From Faecalimonas sp. (GTDB lineage Bacteria; Bacillota; Clostridia; Lachnospirales; Lachnospiraceae): DNA of 64,000 nucleotides. Each line of letters opens with the position of its first letter. Positions within the stretch are counted from its first letter, which is position 1. The position numbers were made by a program, and so were the translations under genes. The notes under the pieces are model-generated. The model did no database searches. It worked only from the letters and a program-made list of their open reading frames with translations, and was not told the DNA's origin. Of the stretch, positions 1-10,442 are shown one piece after another. Location: NCBI GenBank assembly GCA_045121495.1, contig JBGVGF010000030.1, positions 17,914-81,913 on the forward strand. Reading direction: 5' to 3'.

Positions 1-1
1 A

Positions 2-655
2 GGGCATAAAGGCCGCTTTATCTTTGGATATGTAAAAGGAGTACCAGTAGTATGTATGCAGGGGCGTGTGCATTATTATGAAGGATATCCTATGACAGAT
101 GTTGTGTTGCCAACACGTCTGATGAAATTGATGGGTGCAAAAGTGTTGTTTTTAACAAATGCGGCGGGTGGAATTAATTATGATTTTTTCGCTGGCGATT
201 TTATGATGATCACAGATCATATTATGAATTTTGTGCCATCTCCGCTGATCGGACCAAATATTGATGAGCTTGGAACAAGATTTCCTGACATGAGTGAGAT
301 TTATAAAAAAGATCTGCAGCAGATTATCCGTGATTCTGCGAATGCGCTTAGGATCAAATTGCAGGAAGGGGTATATATTCAGCTAACAGGACCAAACTTT
401 GAGACACCGCAGGAAGTAAAGATGTGTAGAATTCTGGGAGCAGATGCAGCCGGTATGAGTACAGCAGCAGAAGCAGTTGCAGCAAATCATATGGGAATGA
501 AAGTGTGTGGAATCTCATGTATTTCAAATCTTGCCTGCGGCATGATGGACCAGCCGCTTAGCCATGAAGAAGTGCAGGAAACAGCAGACCGTGTATCCGG
601 GCAGTTTAAAGAATTGGTAACAGAGGCGATTGTGAATATATACAAAGCGATGTAA
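2..655 (+). CDS. punA: Purine nucleoside phosphorylase (5' end outside window)
   Basis: Frame open from base 2; motifs QGRVHYYEG, TNAAGG, GPNFETPQE, GMST, EEV typical of trimeric PNP. Confidence 0.92.
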   Translation, partial: GHKGRFIFGYVKGVPVVCMQGRVHYYEGYPMTDVVLPTRLMKLMGAKVLFLTNAAGGINYDFFAGDFMMITDHIMNFVPSPLIGPNIDELGTRFPDMSEIYKKDLQQIIRDSANALRIKLQEGVYIQLTGPNFETPQEVKMCRILGADAAGMSTAAEAVAANHMGMKVCGISCISNLACGMMDQPLSHEEVQETADRVSGQFKELVTEAIVNIYKAM

Positions 656-665
656 GGAAGAGATT

Positions 666-1958
666 ATGAATATTCGTATTTATCATGCAAGAATTTTAAC
701 GATGGAAGAGGATATGCCCCTTTTTGAAGGAGAGGTCCATATTAGGGGCAATCGAATCTCGTACGTCGGACCAGAATTAAAAAAAGATAATCCGATTCTG
801 GTAAATACATTATGGGATCGGGTAATTGATGCAAAGAAAAATGTAATCATGCCAGGGTTTAAGAATGCCCACACACACTCGGCTATGACTTTCTTGCGCT
901 CTTATGCAGATGATCTGCCTCTCCTGGATTGGCTGAATAAGCAGGTTTTTCCGATGGAGGCTAAAATAACTGCCGAAGATATCTATCATCTGTCGAAATT
1001 GGCGATTCTGGAATATCTGACCAGTGGGATTACTGCCAATCTGGATATGTATCTTGCGCCTGATACGATGGCGCAGGCTTCTATGGACTGCGGTTTTCGT
1101 ACCGTCATCTGTGGTGCGCTGAATGATTTTGTACAGTCGCCGGAAGAGATGGAAGTATGGTATCAGAAATATGCGGCAAAAGACGAATTGGTCAGATTTG
1201 AACTTGGTTTTCATGCAGAATATACATCTTCTCTGGATAAGTTAGAAAGAATAGCAGATATGTCGCGCAAATTTCAGGCGCCTGTATATATGCACAGTTC
1301 AGAAAGTGCATCGGAAGTAGAGGGATGTATAGAAAGGTATGGTATGACACCGACAGCTCTGTTTGAAAAATTGGGAATGTTAGAATATGGAGGTGCGCAT
1401 TTCCACTGTATTCATATGACAGAGGAAGACCTGGATATCTTAAAAAAGAAAAATATTTATGTGGTAACGAATCCATCTTCGAATATGAAGCTTGCAAGTG
1501 GAATTCCGCGGATTCAGGATATGTTGGATAAGGGGATTCCTGTTGCAATCGGCACAGACGGGCCTGCTAGCAACAATTGTCTTGATATGTTTCGCGAAAT
1601 GTTTCTGGTAACGGGATTAGCAAAATTAAAGACGCAAGATGCGGCAGCAGTGGGTGCAGACAAGGTACTTCGCATGGCAACGGTAGAGGGTGCTCACGCT
1701 ATGGGACTTATTGGGGCAGACGTTTTAGCAGAAGGAAAATTGGCAGATCTGATAATGATTGATCTGAACCAGCCAAATATGCAGCCACTGCACAATATTC
1801 CCAAGAATATCGTATACAGCGGCAGCAAGCAGAATGTTAAGATGACAATGATAAACGGAAAGATTCTTTATGAAGATGGGAACTTTTACATTGGTACGCC
1901 GGCAGAAGAGATCTATGCCAAAGCAAATGAAATTGTATCTCGCATCATTCATCCCTAG
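666..1958 (+). CDS. mtaD: Amidohydrolase, MTA/SAH deaminase-like
   Basis: PGFKNAHTH metal motif, MHSSES, GTDGPASNN; directly downstream of PNP. Confidence 0.75.
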   Translation: MNIRIYHARILTMEEDMPLFEGEVHIRGNRISYVGPELKKDNPILVNTLWDRVIDAKKNVIMPGFKNAHTHSAMTFLRSYADDLPLLDWLNKQVFPMEAKITAEDIYHLSKLAILEYLTSGITANLDMYLAPDTMAQASMDCGFRTVICGALNDFVQSPEEMEVWYQKYAAKDELVRFELGFHAEYTSSLDKLERIADMSRKFQAPVYMHSSESASEVEGCIERYGMTPTALFEKLGMLEYGGAHFHCIHMTEEDLDILKKKNIYVVTNPSSNMKLASGIPRIQDMLDKGIPVAIGTDGPASNNCLDMFREMFLVTGLAKLKTQDAAAVGADKVLRMATVEGAHAMGLIGADVLAEGKLADLIMIDLNQPNMQPLHNIPKNIVYSGSKQNVKMTMINGKILYEDGNFYIGTPAEEIYAKANEIVSRIIHP

Positions 1959-2989
1959 GCACGCTTATTCATAAGATAGAAGTAGTAAGATTGCCATGCA
2001 AATGCGACGGCATCTTCGCTATATTTTTCACTTCCTTTTTTGGAGCATTCACAGCAATGGTCATAGAACCCTAAATCCGTCGACAATTTTTGAATGCAGG
2101 ATATGAATTCGGCCGTAGTTTCTGCATACTGAACATAGTCGAATAAGATATTATCGTAAATATCCAGTTTACGTACTAGAACCGGAATCTGACAGCTCAT
2201 TGCTTCCAGAACTGTCATTGGGAACAGCTCTTCATAAGAAGGAAGCAGCATGAGATTACATGCATTATATAGAAGATTCATTTTGTCGTGGTCAATCAGA
2301 CCAAGGAAGGTCACATTCTTTGGTGGATTGGCCACGATTTCTTTTATCTGAGAATAATCCTGAGAGATTTTTCCAAAGGAGAAGTCACCTGCCCATACGA
2401 AATGGAAATCTGGCATATTTTTTGCGATTTCAATAAAGTCCATTACACCTTTACGTTTCTGGAGTTGACCTGCGCAAAGTACGATAAAAGCATTTTGGGG
2501 AAGATGAAACTGCTCTCTTGCTTTTGCTTTTTCAAACCAACTCATTGGATAAAAATGTTTAGAAGAAACTACATTTGGAATATAGGTCACTTTGCTTCTT
2601 GGAATATGATATTTTTCTTCCAACAAATCAATAAAGTATGGATTCACAGTCACAAGACTGTCCATTCGCCGGTAGAAAAAGAGTACATATTTGTAATAAA
2701 GCCATTGAATTGGCTTTGGAAGCCGAATACTGTTTTCCAGAGTTTCGGGAACAAAGTGTACATAACCTACGTTGTGTGTGTCATTTTTTCTGCCATGAAA
2801 GACAGAAAACAAAAATTCCGGATTGATGGTGTGATAATGGTTGATATCACAAACTTCACATCCTTGTTCTACCACTTTAAAATTTTTCTTTAAATAATTT
2901 TTGACAAGCGAAACCTGTTCATCGTGAGCACTTAAAACTCCGTGCCCTTTAGTCATATCCGCTTTGGAATACATGCGAATCGTGTACAT
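1955..2989 (-). CDS. GT4 glycosyltransferase, CpoA-like diacylglycerol glycosyltransferase (second sugar)
   Basis: GHGVLSA N-terminus, GQLQKRKG, PSYEELFPMTVLEA; paired with MGS-like GT4. Confidence 0.8.
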   Translation of the reverse strand: MYTIRMYSKADMTKGHGVLSAHDEQVSLVKNYLKKNFKVVEQGCEVCDINHYHTINPEFLFSVFHGRKNDTHNVGYVHFVPETLENSIRLPKPIQWLYYKYVLFFYRRMDSLVTVNPYFIDLLEEKYHIPRSKVTYIPNVVSSKHFYPMSWFEKAKAREQFHLPQNAFIVLCAGQLQKRKGVMDFIEIAKNMPDFHFVWAGDFSFGKISQDYSQIKEIVANPPKNVTFLGLIDHDKMNLLYNACNLMLLPSYEELFPMTVLEAMSCQIPVLVRKLDIYDNILFDYVQYAETTAEFISCIQKLSTDLGFYDHCCECSKKGSEKYSEDAVAFAWQSYYFYLMNKRA

Positions 2990-4152
2990 TTTTCGTTCAC
3001 TCCTCTCTCTATGATCACATCTTTGTATAGTTGTATTGCACGGTGTGCAAACATTTCTTTGCTGAAATAGTATGCAGTCTGATACGCATTGGAAGAGAGT
3101 AATCTCAGATGCTCTCTGGATTGAAAAATCTTTGAAAAGCTGTCAAAGAAATCAAGGTCAGATTCAAATGCGTAACCATTTTTACCAGGCGTCAAAACAG
3201 AATTCAGACAGATATCCTGCAGGCATAAGAGTGGAAGACCGCATGCCATCGCTTCTATGTAGGTTAGGCCTTGCGTTTCGCTTTGTGAGGCAGAGACAAA
3301 TACATCACCAATTCGGTAATACATTCCTACTTCTTCAGGCTTTACCATACCGGTAAAATGTACAACGTCTTTCAGATGCAGATGGTGCACCATACTTTCC
3401 AGACGTTCACGGTCGGGTCCGTCTCCGACAATTACAAGGTGTGCATTCTGGCTTCGCATCTTGGAATCTGCCATTTGATGAATAAAGAAATCGATATTCT
3501 TTTCACGAGCAACTCGTCCCAGTGTCAAAAGAACCGGAACATTTTCTGGAATCCCAAGTTGTTTTCGAAGCATATCTGGTTTTATGGAATTTGTTTTTTC
3601 CTGGAATCTGTCCAGAGAAAGGCCTGTTGGAATAATGCTCATCGGTGTTTTGACGCCATAGCCAGCCAGAATATCTGCAGTTTTCAGGGTAGGTGCGATC
3701 ACAGCATCTGTGCGTTTGCAGATGAATTTAGAGCCCATTGCAACAATCTTTCGTCCGAGTTTCGGACTCGGGCAAAAATAATGTGTGTAATATTCATACA
3801 GGGTATGATAAGTATGAACAATTGGAATGTTTAATATGCGTGAAAGACGTCTGGCAAAAATAAATGTAAAAAATTCACATTGAGAGTGAATAATATCAGG
3901 CTTCCATTCGACAATCTCATCCAGTAAATCGTTATGGAAAGAGAGTGCTGCACGTGCATCGGGATATATTTTAATAGGAACGGAACCGATATAATATACA
4001 TTTTCATTTTTATGGGACTGGTGTGTCTGGGATAATGTGAGAATCCGTACATCATTGCCACTCTCAGTCAGTGCAGAATATAAAGTTTTGACAGAAATTG
4101 CGACACCGTTAATCATTGCATCATATGCATCTGTTGTAATTAGTATTTTCAT
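2953..4152 (-). CDS. GT4 glycosyltransferase, 1,2-diacylglycerol 3-glucosyltransferase-like
   Basis: MKILITTD, NGV, HTYHT, GRVAREKN, SETQGLTYIEAMA. Confidence 0.85.
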   Translation of the reverse strand: MKILITTDAYDAMINGVAISVKTLYSALTESGNDVRILTLSQTHQSHKNENVYYIGSVPIKIYPDARAALSFHNDLLDEIVEWKPDIIHSQCEFFTFIFARRLSRILNIPIVHTYHTLYEYYTHYFCPSPKLGRKIVAMGSKFICKRTDAVIAPTLKTADILAGYGVKTPMSIIPTGLSLDRFQEKTNSIKPDMLRKQLGIPENVPVLLTLGRVAREKNIDFFIHQMADSKMRSQNAHLVIVGDGPDRERLESMVHHLHLKDVVHFTGMVKPEEVGMYYRIGDVFVSASQSETQGLTYIEAMACGLPLLCLQDICLNSVLTPGKNGYAFESDLDFFDSFSKIFQSREHLRLLSSNAYQTAYYFSKEMFAHRAIQLYKDVIIERGVNEKCTRFACIPKRI

Positions 4153-4171
4153 TGAGAATCCCCCTCGTATA

Positions 4172-4684
4172 TTATTGGATAAAATATTTCATTGCTTCTG
4201 TTAAAAGTGTGGATAATCCAACGCTGTACATAAAAATAGAGCATGGTTTGCAAAGTGCTATAATTGTTACGAATTTTTGAAAAGTCATTTTTGTGAGTCC
4301 GGCCAGCATGCACAGAAAATCATCGGGAGCAACCGGCAAAAAAATAGCAATGGCAAATAACTTGTCAAAATGTTCACCTTTATCAAGCCATCCAACATAT
4401 TTGTCGTAAAGTTTAGGCGAAGAAAGCCGTACTAAAAGTGGCTTTCCATATTTCCGGATCAATAAGAAATTGATACAGGAGCCAATTCCAATACTGATGT
4501 AGTTGTAGACAAAACCCCAGAATGGTCCGAAGCAAAGGACGCCTGCTACGCAGGTGAGTCCTCCTGGAATGATTGGAAAAACAACCTGTGAAATCTGAAT
4601 GACCATAAATATGAGTGGTGCAATCATGCCGAAGTGTAATAAGTATTCCTGAAGTGCTTCTGGAGAAGCAAAAATATCAAACAT
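4172..4684 (-). CDS. TVP38/TMEM64 (VTT/DedA-like) membrane protein
   Basis: QVVFPIIPGG, FLPVAPDDFLCMLAGLT; ATG at 4684 follows AAAAGGA RBS and TATAAT. Confidence 0.85.
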   Translation of the reverse strand: MFDIFASPEALQEYLLHFGMIAPLIFMVIQISQVVFPIIPGGLTCVAGVLCFGPFWGFVYNYISIGIGSCINFLLIRKYGKPLLVRLSSPKLYDKYVGWLDKGEHFDKLFAIAIFLPVAPDDFLCMLAGLTKMTFQKFVTIIALCKPCSIFMYSVGLSTLLTEAMKYFIQ

Positions 4685-4865
4685 TGTATCAAATCCTTTT
4701 CTTTTTGATGTGCACATTATAAAATATGGAAAAAAAGATACCGTTAACGTACGATTAAGAAAAATCGAAAGATTTCTGAAAGGTTTCTTAAGAATCTGCC
4801 AAAACGTTAACAATTTGTAAACAAATGACTGTTATACTCGTGAAGATAATAAGGAGGACTATGGA

Positions 4866-5402
4866 ATGTTTCAAATATTAGTGGTAGAAGATGATAAAGC
4901 ATTAAATCAGACTGTATGTACATTTTTAGGTGGAAAAGGATATGAAGCGACAGGCGTTTTGGAAGTAATGGATGCTTATGATGCGATGTATGAAAATAAG
5001 TTTGATCTCGTTATTTCTGATATTATGATGCCTGGGATTGATGGATTTGAGTTTGCAGAGACGATTCGTGAAACAGATAAAGAAATTCCGATTCTCTTCA
5101 TGACAGCAAGGGACGATTTTGAGGCAAAAAGAAAAGGATTCCGAGTAGGAATTGATGATTATATGATAAAACCAATCGATCTAGAAGAATTATTGTGGCG
5201 TATTGAAGCGCTTCTTCGAAGAGCAAGGATTGCTACCAGTAAGAAACTTGAAATAGGAAGTCTGAAATTAGATGCAGACTCCACATCGAGCACTCGTACT
5301 GTTGACGTATATATGACGAAGATCAGAGACAAGTTCTCAGAATGTGATGAATTTGAGATCGTTACGGTGCATGGTTTGGGATACAAGGCGGTGATTAAGT
5401 GA
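4866..5402 (+). CDS. OmpR-family response regulator (HssR-like) with in-frame deletion in the DNA-binding domain
   Basis: Intact receiver (VEDD, DIMMP, KP); only about 55 aa follow, with LKLDAD joined directly to STSSTRTVDVYMTKIR. Confidence 0.8.
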   Translation: MFQILVVEDDKALNQTVCTFLGGKGYEATGVLEVMDAYDAMYENKFDLVISDIMMPGIDGFEFAETIRETDKEIPILFMTARDDFEAKRKGFRVGIDDYMIKPIDLEELLWRIEALLRRARIATSKKLEIGSLKLDADSTSSTRTVDVYMTKIRDKFSECDEFEIVTVHGLGYKAVIK

Positions 5403-6469
5403 TGCATGATACAAAACAGCATAAACGGAGAATGCTGGGAGATGCGATTCAACATTTTGAAGTATTCTTTTTATTGATTGCGTTTGTAATAACCTGCAAC
5501 TTCTATTTGTTTATGAATGGGATGCAAATGGATGAAGAGGAAATCAGAGCAGCAGCGCCAATTACATTTTATAATATCCTGTTTCAGACAGTGCTTTTCT
5601 GTGTTTTTGATATAATACGTCGTATGTGGATGGTTTCACGACCTGTGAACCGAATTCTTGAAGGAATGAATAAAATCGTTGCAGGTGATTTTAAGGTACG
5701 TATTCCATATATTAAAGGGGAAAATAGTACAAATGAATTTGATTCCATTATAAAGGGATTGAATGAGATGACGGCAGAACTTGGAAGTGTAGAAACACTT
5801 CGTACAGATTTTGTTTCCAATGTTTCCCATGAGTTTAAGACACCGCTTTCTGTAATTCAAAATTATGGGACGATGCTGCAGAGTCCGGATTTATCAGAAT
5901 CCAAGCGAATCGAGTACGCAAAAGCAATTACAGAACAAACCAGAAGATTATCAAGCCTGATTACCAATATTTTGAGATTGAATCGTTTGGAGAATCAACA
6001 GATTTATCCAGACAAAAAAGAATACAATTTAACAGAACAGATTTGTGAATGTCTTCTTGGATTTGAACAATCGTGGGAGCAGAAAAATCTTGAGATCGAA
6101 ACAGAATTGGAAGAGGATGTTATAGTTTGTGAAGACGAAGAACTCCTTAGCCTTGTCTGGAACAATCTCTTTTCCAATGCGATTAAGTTTAGTGACAAAG
6201 ATGGAAGAGTCTATGTCAGTGTAAAGCGAGAAGAAGGCAAGATTTTTGTGATTGTCAGCGATAAAGGATGTGGAATTAGTCCAGAGGTAGGAAAACATAT
6301 TTTTGAACGTTTTTATCAAGGAGATACATCTCATGCGACACAGGGAAATGGTCTCGGGCTTGCACTTGTAAAAAAAGTAATCGATATTGTGGGCGGAGAC
6401 ATCAGCGTACAAAGTACTCTGGGAAAAGGTACCACATTTTGCGTTCGTCTGGAGGATAGTGTAAAATGA
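5399..6469 (+). CDS. HAMP-containing sensor histidine kinase
   Basis: Two TM segments, H-box SHEFKTPL, NLFSNAIKF, DKGCGI, GNGLGL; GTGA overlap with regulator. Confidence 0.92.
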   Translation: MMHDTKQHKRRMLGDAIQHFEVFFLLIAFVITCNFYLFMNGMQMDEEEIRAAAPITFYNILFQTVLFCVFDIIRRMWMVSRPVNRILEGMNKIVAGDFKVRIPYIKGENSTNEFDSIIKGLNEMTAELGSVETLRTDFVSNVSHEFKTPLSVIQNYGTMLQSPDLSESKRIEYAKAITEQTRRLSSLITNILRLNRLENQQIYPDKKEYNLTEQICECLLGFEQSWEQKNLEIETELEEDVIVCEDEELLSLVWNNLFSNAIKFSDKDGRVYVSVKREEGKIFVIVSDKGCGISPEVGKHIFERFYQGDTSHATQGNGLGLALVKKVIDIVGGDISVQSTLGKGTTFCVRLEDSVK

Positions 6470-7368
6470 GTAATAAAGCAGCCAGATGGAAAGAAATAGG
6501 AAGAAAAATCTTGTTCCCTAATACGTTACTTACCTTTATTATGGTGATTGTATCAGCAATACTTTTGATATATGTTTTTAGTTATAAAGATGCGAATGAA
6601 ATCATTACCTATACTGGCTATGCTTTTTCAGCATATACTTTAACTGTTGTAATTATAAAAACGCCTTCACTAATAAAAAAATTAAGAAATAGTTTATATG
6701 CAAACAAATATAGCGGCAAGTATTTATCAGAGGCTCATCTGCGCGCAAAGATATCTTTGTATGTGGGTTTTACAATAAATGTTGCATATGCAATCTTAAA
6801 ATTTGCAGCAGGCATCTATTTTCGTTCATTTTGGAGTGGAGCTATAGCAGTTTACTATGTTATTTTGAGCTTAATTCGTTTTGGGTTGATAAGAAGGGAG
6901 CATTATGGTATAAAGTGTTCGAATAAAACGGAGCAAAGAAAACGTGAATTAAAAGTTTACCGTAATTGTGGATATTGGATGTTTCTGCTGAATATAGCAG
7001 TTGCAGGGATTGTGATTCAGATGATCTGGCAGAATAAATCGTTTACGTATCCAGGATTTTTGATTTATGCTTCTGCTGCGTATACGTTTTATTGTTTTAC
7101 AATGGCAATTGTGAATCTGGTAAAATATAGAAAATTAGAAAGACCAATCTTGTCAGCAGCAAAGATGATATCTTTTGCCTGTGCCCTAACTTCGATGTTG
7201 TCGCTTCAGACTGCACTTTTGGCAGAGTTTGGCACTGGACAGTCGATGTTTATCAGAATGATGAATTCGTTGACCGGTGGATTTGTATGTTTGACGGTAT
7301 TTATGCTTGCTGTACATATGATTCGCAAAGTAAATAAAGAGATAAAAATGGAGAATAAAAATGAATAA
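6466..7368 (+). CDS. Multi-pass membrane protein, unknown function
   Basis: 300 aa with many hydrophobic segments; ATGA-type coupling to neighbours. Confidence 0.7.
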   Translation: MSNKAARWKEIGRKILFPNTLLTFIMVIVSAILLIYVFSYKDANEIITYTGYAFSAYTLTVVIIKTPSLIKKLRNSLYANKYSGKYLSEAHLRAKISLYVGFTINVAYAILKFAAGIYFRSFWSGAIAVYYVILSLIRFGLIRREHYGIKCSNKTEQRKRELKVYRNCGYWMFLLNIAVAGIVIQMIWQNKSFTYPGFLIYASAAYTFYCFTMAIVNLVKYRKLERPILSAAKMISFACALTSMLSLQTALLAEFGTGQSMFIRMMNSLTGGFVCLTVFMLAVHMIRKVNKEIKMENKNE

Positions 7369-7735
7369 TAATGATAATAAATTTGAGTATACTTATTCGG
7401 CAAAGAGACAGGAAGAATTAGAAAAAATCAGAAGTAAATATATTCCCAAAGAAGAAGATAAAATGGAAACACTTAGAAGATTAGACCAGAGTGTGGAAAG
7501 AATAGGGACAACTGCTTCTATTATAGTGGGGGTTATCGGAACATTAATCATGGGAGGCGGGATGAGTCTTGTTATGGTAGGGCCTGATGATTTTTTGGTT
7601 CTTGGGGTTATAATAGGAGTGATCGGAATGGCAATTCTTGCAATGGCATATCCGATTTACAAAGTGATTATGAAAAAGCAAAGAGAAAAGATTGCGCCAC
7701 AGATATTGGCTTTGAGCGAAGAACTCCTTAAGTAA
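7361..7735 (+). CDS. Small two-TM membrane protein, unknown function
   Basis: 124 aa, two hydrophobic helices, overlaps upstream stop. Confidence 0.7.
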   Translation: MNNNDNKFEYTYSAKRQEELEKIRSKYIPKEEDKMETLRRLDQSVERIGTTASIIVGVIGTLIMGGGMSLVMVGPDDFLVLGVIIGVIGMAILAMAYPIYKVIMKKQREKIAPQILALSEELLK

Positions 7736-7784
7736 CTTTGGAGCTGTTGGTGGATGAGATAAACAAACATAAAAGGAAATACAA

Positions 7785-9248
7785 ATGGACGAGTACGAAA
7801 TCAAAAGAAGAAAACGTCGTGAAAGAATACGACGAAAAAGAAGAAGACAGAGAGCTATTAGGATCGGAGCATTGATTGCTATTGTAATAGCAATCGTCGT
7901 AAGTGTTTGTGTAGTGTGGTCTGACAAACGGAGAAAAGAAGCGGTAGAGAAGGAGACAAAAGAGAAGGCGGCACAGGAATTACAAATAAAACGTTTGGAA
8001 AGTGCAAAGGCTATTTTAGACGAATGTTATGTATCTCATTTGTACGGAGATAAGGTGGTTTCAACTGAGAATAAGCAGACGGCTACTTTTTCGGAGTGGT
8101 TTTTTGAATATCATTCAGAAGAAATCAAAGAAAATGTAATGAATGCGGCAGAAGATGGAGTGTTAACACCTTCTGACCTTTATGAGTTGACGGGAGAGAG
8201 TATATATGTACTTTCTGATAGGTATCACGGGCTTTTAAACGATGTTGAGACAGCAGTTCAGAATTGCATTTACATACGAGATGGAATTATAGAAAATGGA
8301 GCAGAAATTACAATCGCAGGTGATTTATGTTTTGCAGAAGATGGATTTGTTTTGGATCATTATGATACAGTAAACGATTTAGAACAATGTATCTCACCTG
8401 AAATATTGGAGATTACAAATCAGTCAGATATTTTTTATCTGAATCATGAATATTGTATTAGTGATCGCGGAGAGCCGCTTGAAGGCAAATATTATACATT
8501 CCGTGCAAATCCCGAAAGAATGGAACTATTAAAGCAGATGGGTACAGACATTGTATCGCTTTCAAATAATCATGTGTTTGATTATGGAAAGGATGCGCTT
8601 TTGGATACAACTGATTTATTAGATAAAGCCGGAATTCCATATGTGGGAGGCGGAAGGAATATAGAAGAAGCAAAAAGGCCGATATATTTTATTGTGAATG
8701 GAATCAAAATTGGATTTGTTGGGGCTTCGAATGGAGAAAAGAACAAATATACACCACAGGCAACCGAAGAGGAACCGGGAATTTTGAGAGCATATGATAC
8801 CACAGAGTTTAATCAGGTGATTTTAGAAGCTTCGAAAGAATGTGATTATTTAATCGCATACATTCACTGGGGAACAGAAGATACTAATTATTACAACGCA
8901 GATCAGGAAAGGTGGGGAAGAGAATTCCTAAGCTCTGGTGCCGATATTGTAATTGGAGGCCATCCGCATGTACTTCAGGGTATGGAATACGTAGACGGAA
9001 AACCAATTGTTTATAGTCTCGGAGATTTTTGGTTCAATCACGAGACCAAATACACTGGTGTTTTAAAGTTACACATTTCACAGGAAGGTTTAGAAGAAAT
9101 GTCATTCGTACCATGTCTGCAAACGAATTTCACAACACAGTATTTGGCTGCGAAAGAAGAGCAGGAAGAAGTGTATTCATTCCTGGAAATGCTGTCTCCG
9201 AATATACAAATAGATTCAAATGGAATCATTACTCAGCTTGCAGAGTAA
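7785..9248 (+). CDS. CapA/PGA_cap family metallophosphoesterase with N-terminal membrane anchor
   Basis: AGD, LNHE, SLSNNHVFDYG, IHWGTE, GGHPHVLQG, YSLGDF. Confidence 0.88.
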   Translation: MDEYEIKRRKRRERIRRKRRRQRAIRIGALIAIVIAIVVSVCVVWSDKRRKEAVEKETKEKAAQELQIKRLESAKAILDECYVSHLYGDKVVSTENKQTATFSEWFFEYHSEEIKENVMNAAEDGVLTPSDLYELTGESIYVLSDRYHGLLNDVETAVQNCIYIRDGIIENGAEITIAGDLCFAEDGFVLDHYDTVNDLEQCISPEILEITNQSDIFYLNHEYCISDRGEPLEGKYYTFRANPERMELLKQMGTDIVSLSNNHVFDYGKDALLDTTDLLDKAGIPYVGGGRNIEEAKRPIYFIVNGIKIGFVGASNGEKNKYTPQATEEEPGILRAYDTTEFNQVILEASKECDYLIAYIHWGTEDTNYYNADQERWGREFLSSGADIVIGGHPHVLQGMEYVDGKPIVYSLGDFWFNHETKYTGVLKLHISQEGLEEMSFVPCLQTNFTTQYLAAKEEQEEVYSFLEMLSPNIQIDSNGIITQLAE

Positions 9249-9270
9249 AAATATCTTAACTGAATCTTAG

Positions 9271-9300
9271 TTGACACTTCCTTTCATTCTTCAATATAAT
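9271..9300 (+). promoter_or_regulatory. Sigma-A promoter of antiporter leader
   Basis: TTGACA-18 nt-TATAAT. Confidence 0.75.
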
Positions 9301-9309
9301 CGAATTGAT

Positions 9310-9400
9310 ACAAGGGAGTAGTTCGCACTTAAAGAGAGTGTTATGCATAACGTCATCACGCTGAAAAGCCGGGATGCATACTGAAAAAAGAACGAGACTT
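9310..9400 (+). ncRNA. yybP-ykoY (Mn2+-sensing) riboswitch
   Basis: AAGGGAGTAG, CGTCATCAC...CCGG, paired ATGCAT stem and ACGAGAC 3' strand match the known consensus; overlaps a terminator; upstream of a cation antiporter. Confidence 0.88.
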
Positions 9401-9433
9401 TATCGCATTTTTTGATGCGATGAAGTCTTTTTT
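9395..9433 (+). terminator. Riboswitch expression-platform terminator
   Basis: AGACTTTATCGCAT / ATGCGATGAAGTCT stem plus T run. Confidence 0.85.
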
Positions 9434-9487
9434 ATTTGCGAAAGACTTCACGCTACAATATTTCTAATATATGTAGGAGGAAAAAAG

Positions 9488-10417
9488 ATGTTTATTGAAT
9501 TATTGTTACTTGCACTTGGATTTGCGCTGTTAGTATTTGGCGCTGACTGGTTTGTAGACGGTTCTTCAGGAGTTGCAAACAGATTTGGAATTCCACAATT
9601 AGTAATCGGTCTAACAATCGTAGCAATGGGAACAAGTGCACCAGAAGCAGCCGTTAGTATCACAGCTGCATTAAAAGGAAATGCTGACATCACAGTTGGA
9701 AACGTGGTGGGGAGCAATATCCTTAATATTTTTATCATTTTAGGGATTGCATCTGTGATCACTTCTATTGCAGTTGCAAGAACGACGATCCGCTATGAAA
9801 TTCCAATTATGCTTGCAGCCACTTTAGCACTTTTGGTATGGGGCTACACAGGTGGTACAATCAGTTTTGTAGAAGGTATCTTGATGTGGGTTTGCTTCAT
9901 TGCTTATCTCGGATACATGTTTGTTATGTGTAAAAGAGGAGAAATGCAGGCAGATGAGATTGAAGAATCGGATGATCCGATTTGGAAAATGCTTATCAAA
10001 GGTATCTTGGGATTAGCATTAGTCGTTTGGGGAAGTGACGTGACAGTAGATGCTGCCACAAATCTTGCTGAAATGTTTGGAATGAGTGAACGTTTTATTG
10101 GATTAACAATTGTTGCACTTGGAACTTCGCTTCCAGAGCTGTTTACTTCGGTTATTGCAGCTAAAAAAGGAAAAGCCGACATTGCTATTGGAAATATTGT
10201 AGGAAGTAATATTTTCAATATTTTATTTGTAGTTGGTACATCAGCGCTTATTATACCAGTTGTATTTGCGTCAAACTTTGTAATCGATTGTATTGTTGCA
10301 ATGTTAGCAGGTATAGTTTTATGGGCATGTGTATTCCGTACAAAAAAACTTACAAGAACAGGCGGTATTCTTATGCTTGTCTGCTATTTGATTTATTTCG
10401 TTTATCTGCTATTCTAA
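9488..10417 (+). CDS. Calcium/sodium antiporter (CaCA, YrbG-like)
   Basis: Two alpha repeats GTSAPE...GNVVGSN and GTSLPE...GNIVGSN. Confidence 0.92.
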   Translation: MFIELLLLALGFALLVFGADWFVDGSSGVANRFGIPQLVIGLTIVAMGTSAPEAAVSITAALKGNADITVGNVVGSNILNIFIILGIASVITSIAVARTTIRYEIPIMLAATLALLVWGYTGGTISFVEGILMWVCFIAYLGYMFVMCKRGEMQADEIEESDDPIWKMLIKGILGLALVVWGSDVTVDAATNLAEMFGMSERFIGLTIVALGTSLPELFTSVIAAKKGKADIAIGNIVGSNIFNILFVVGTSALIIPVVFASNFVIDCIVAMLAGIVLWACVFRTKKLTRTGGILMLVCYLIYFVYLLF

Positions 10418-10442
10418 GAGAAAAGCAGAAACGGAGATTCAT

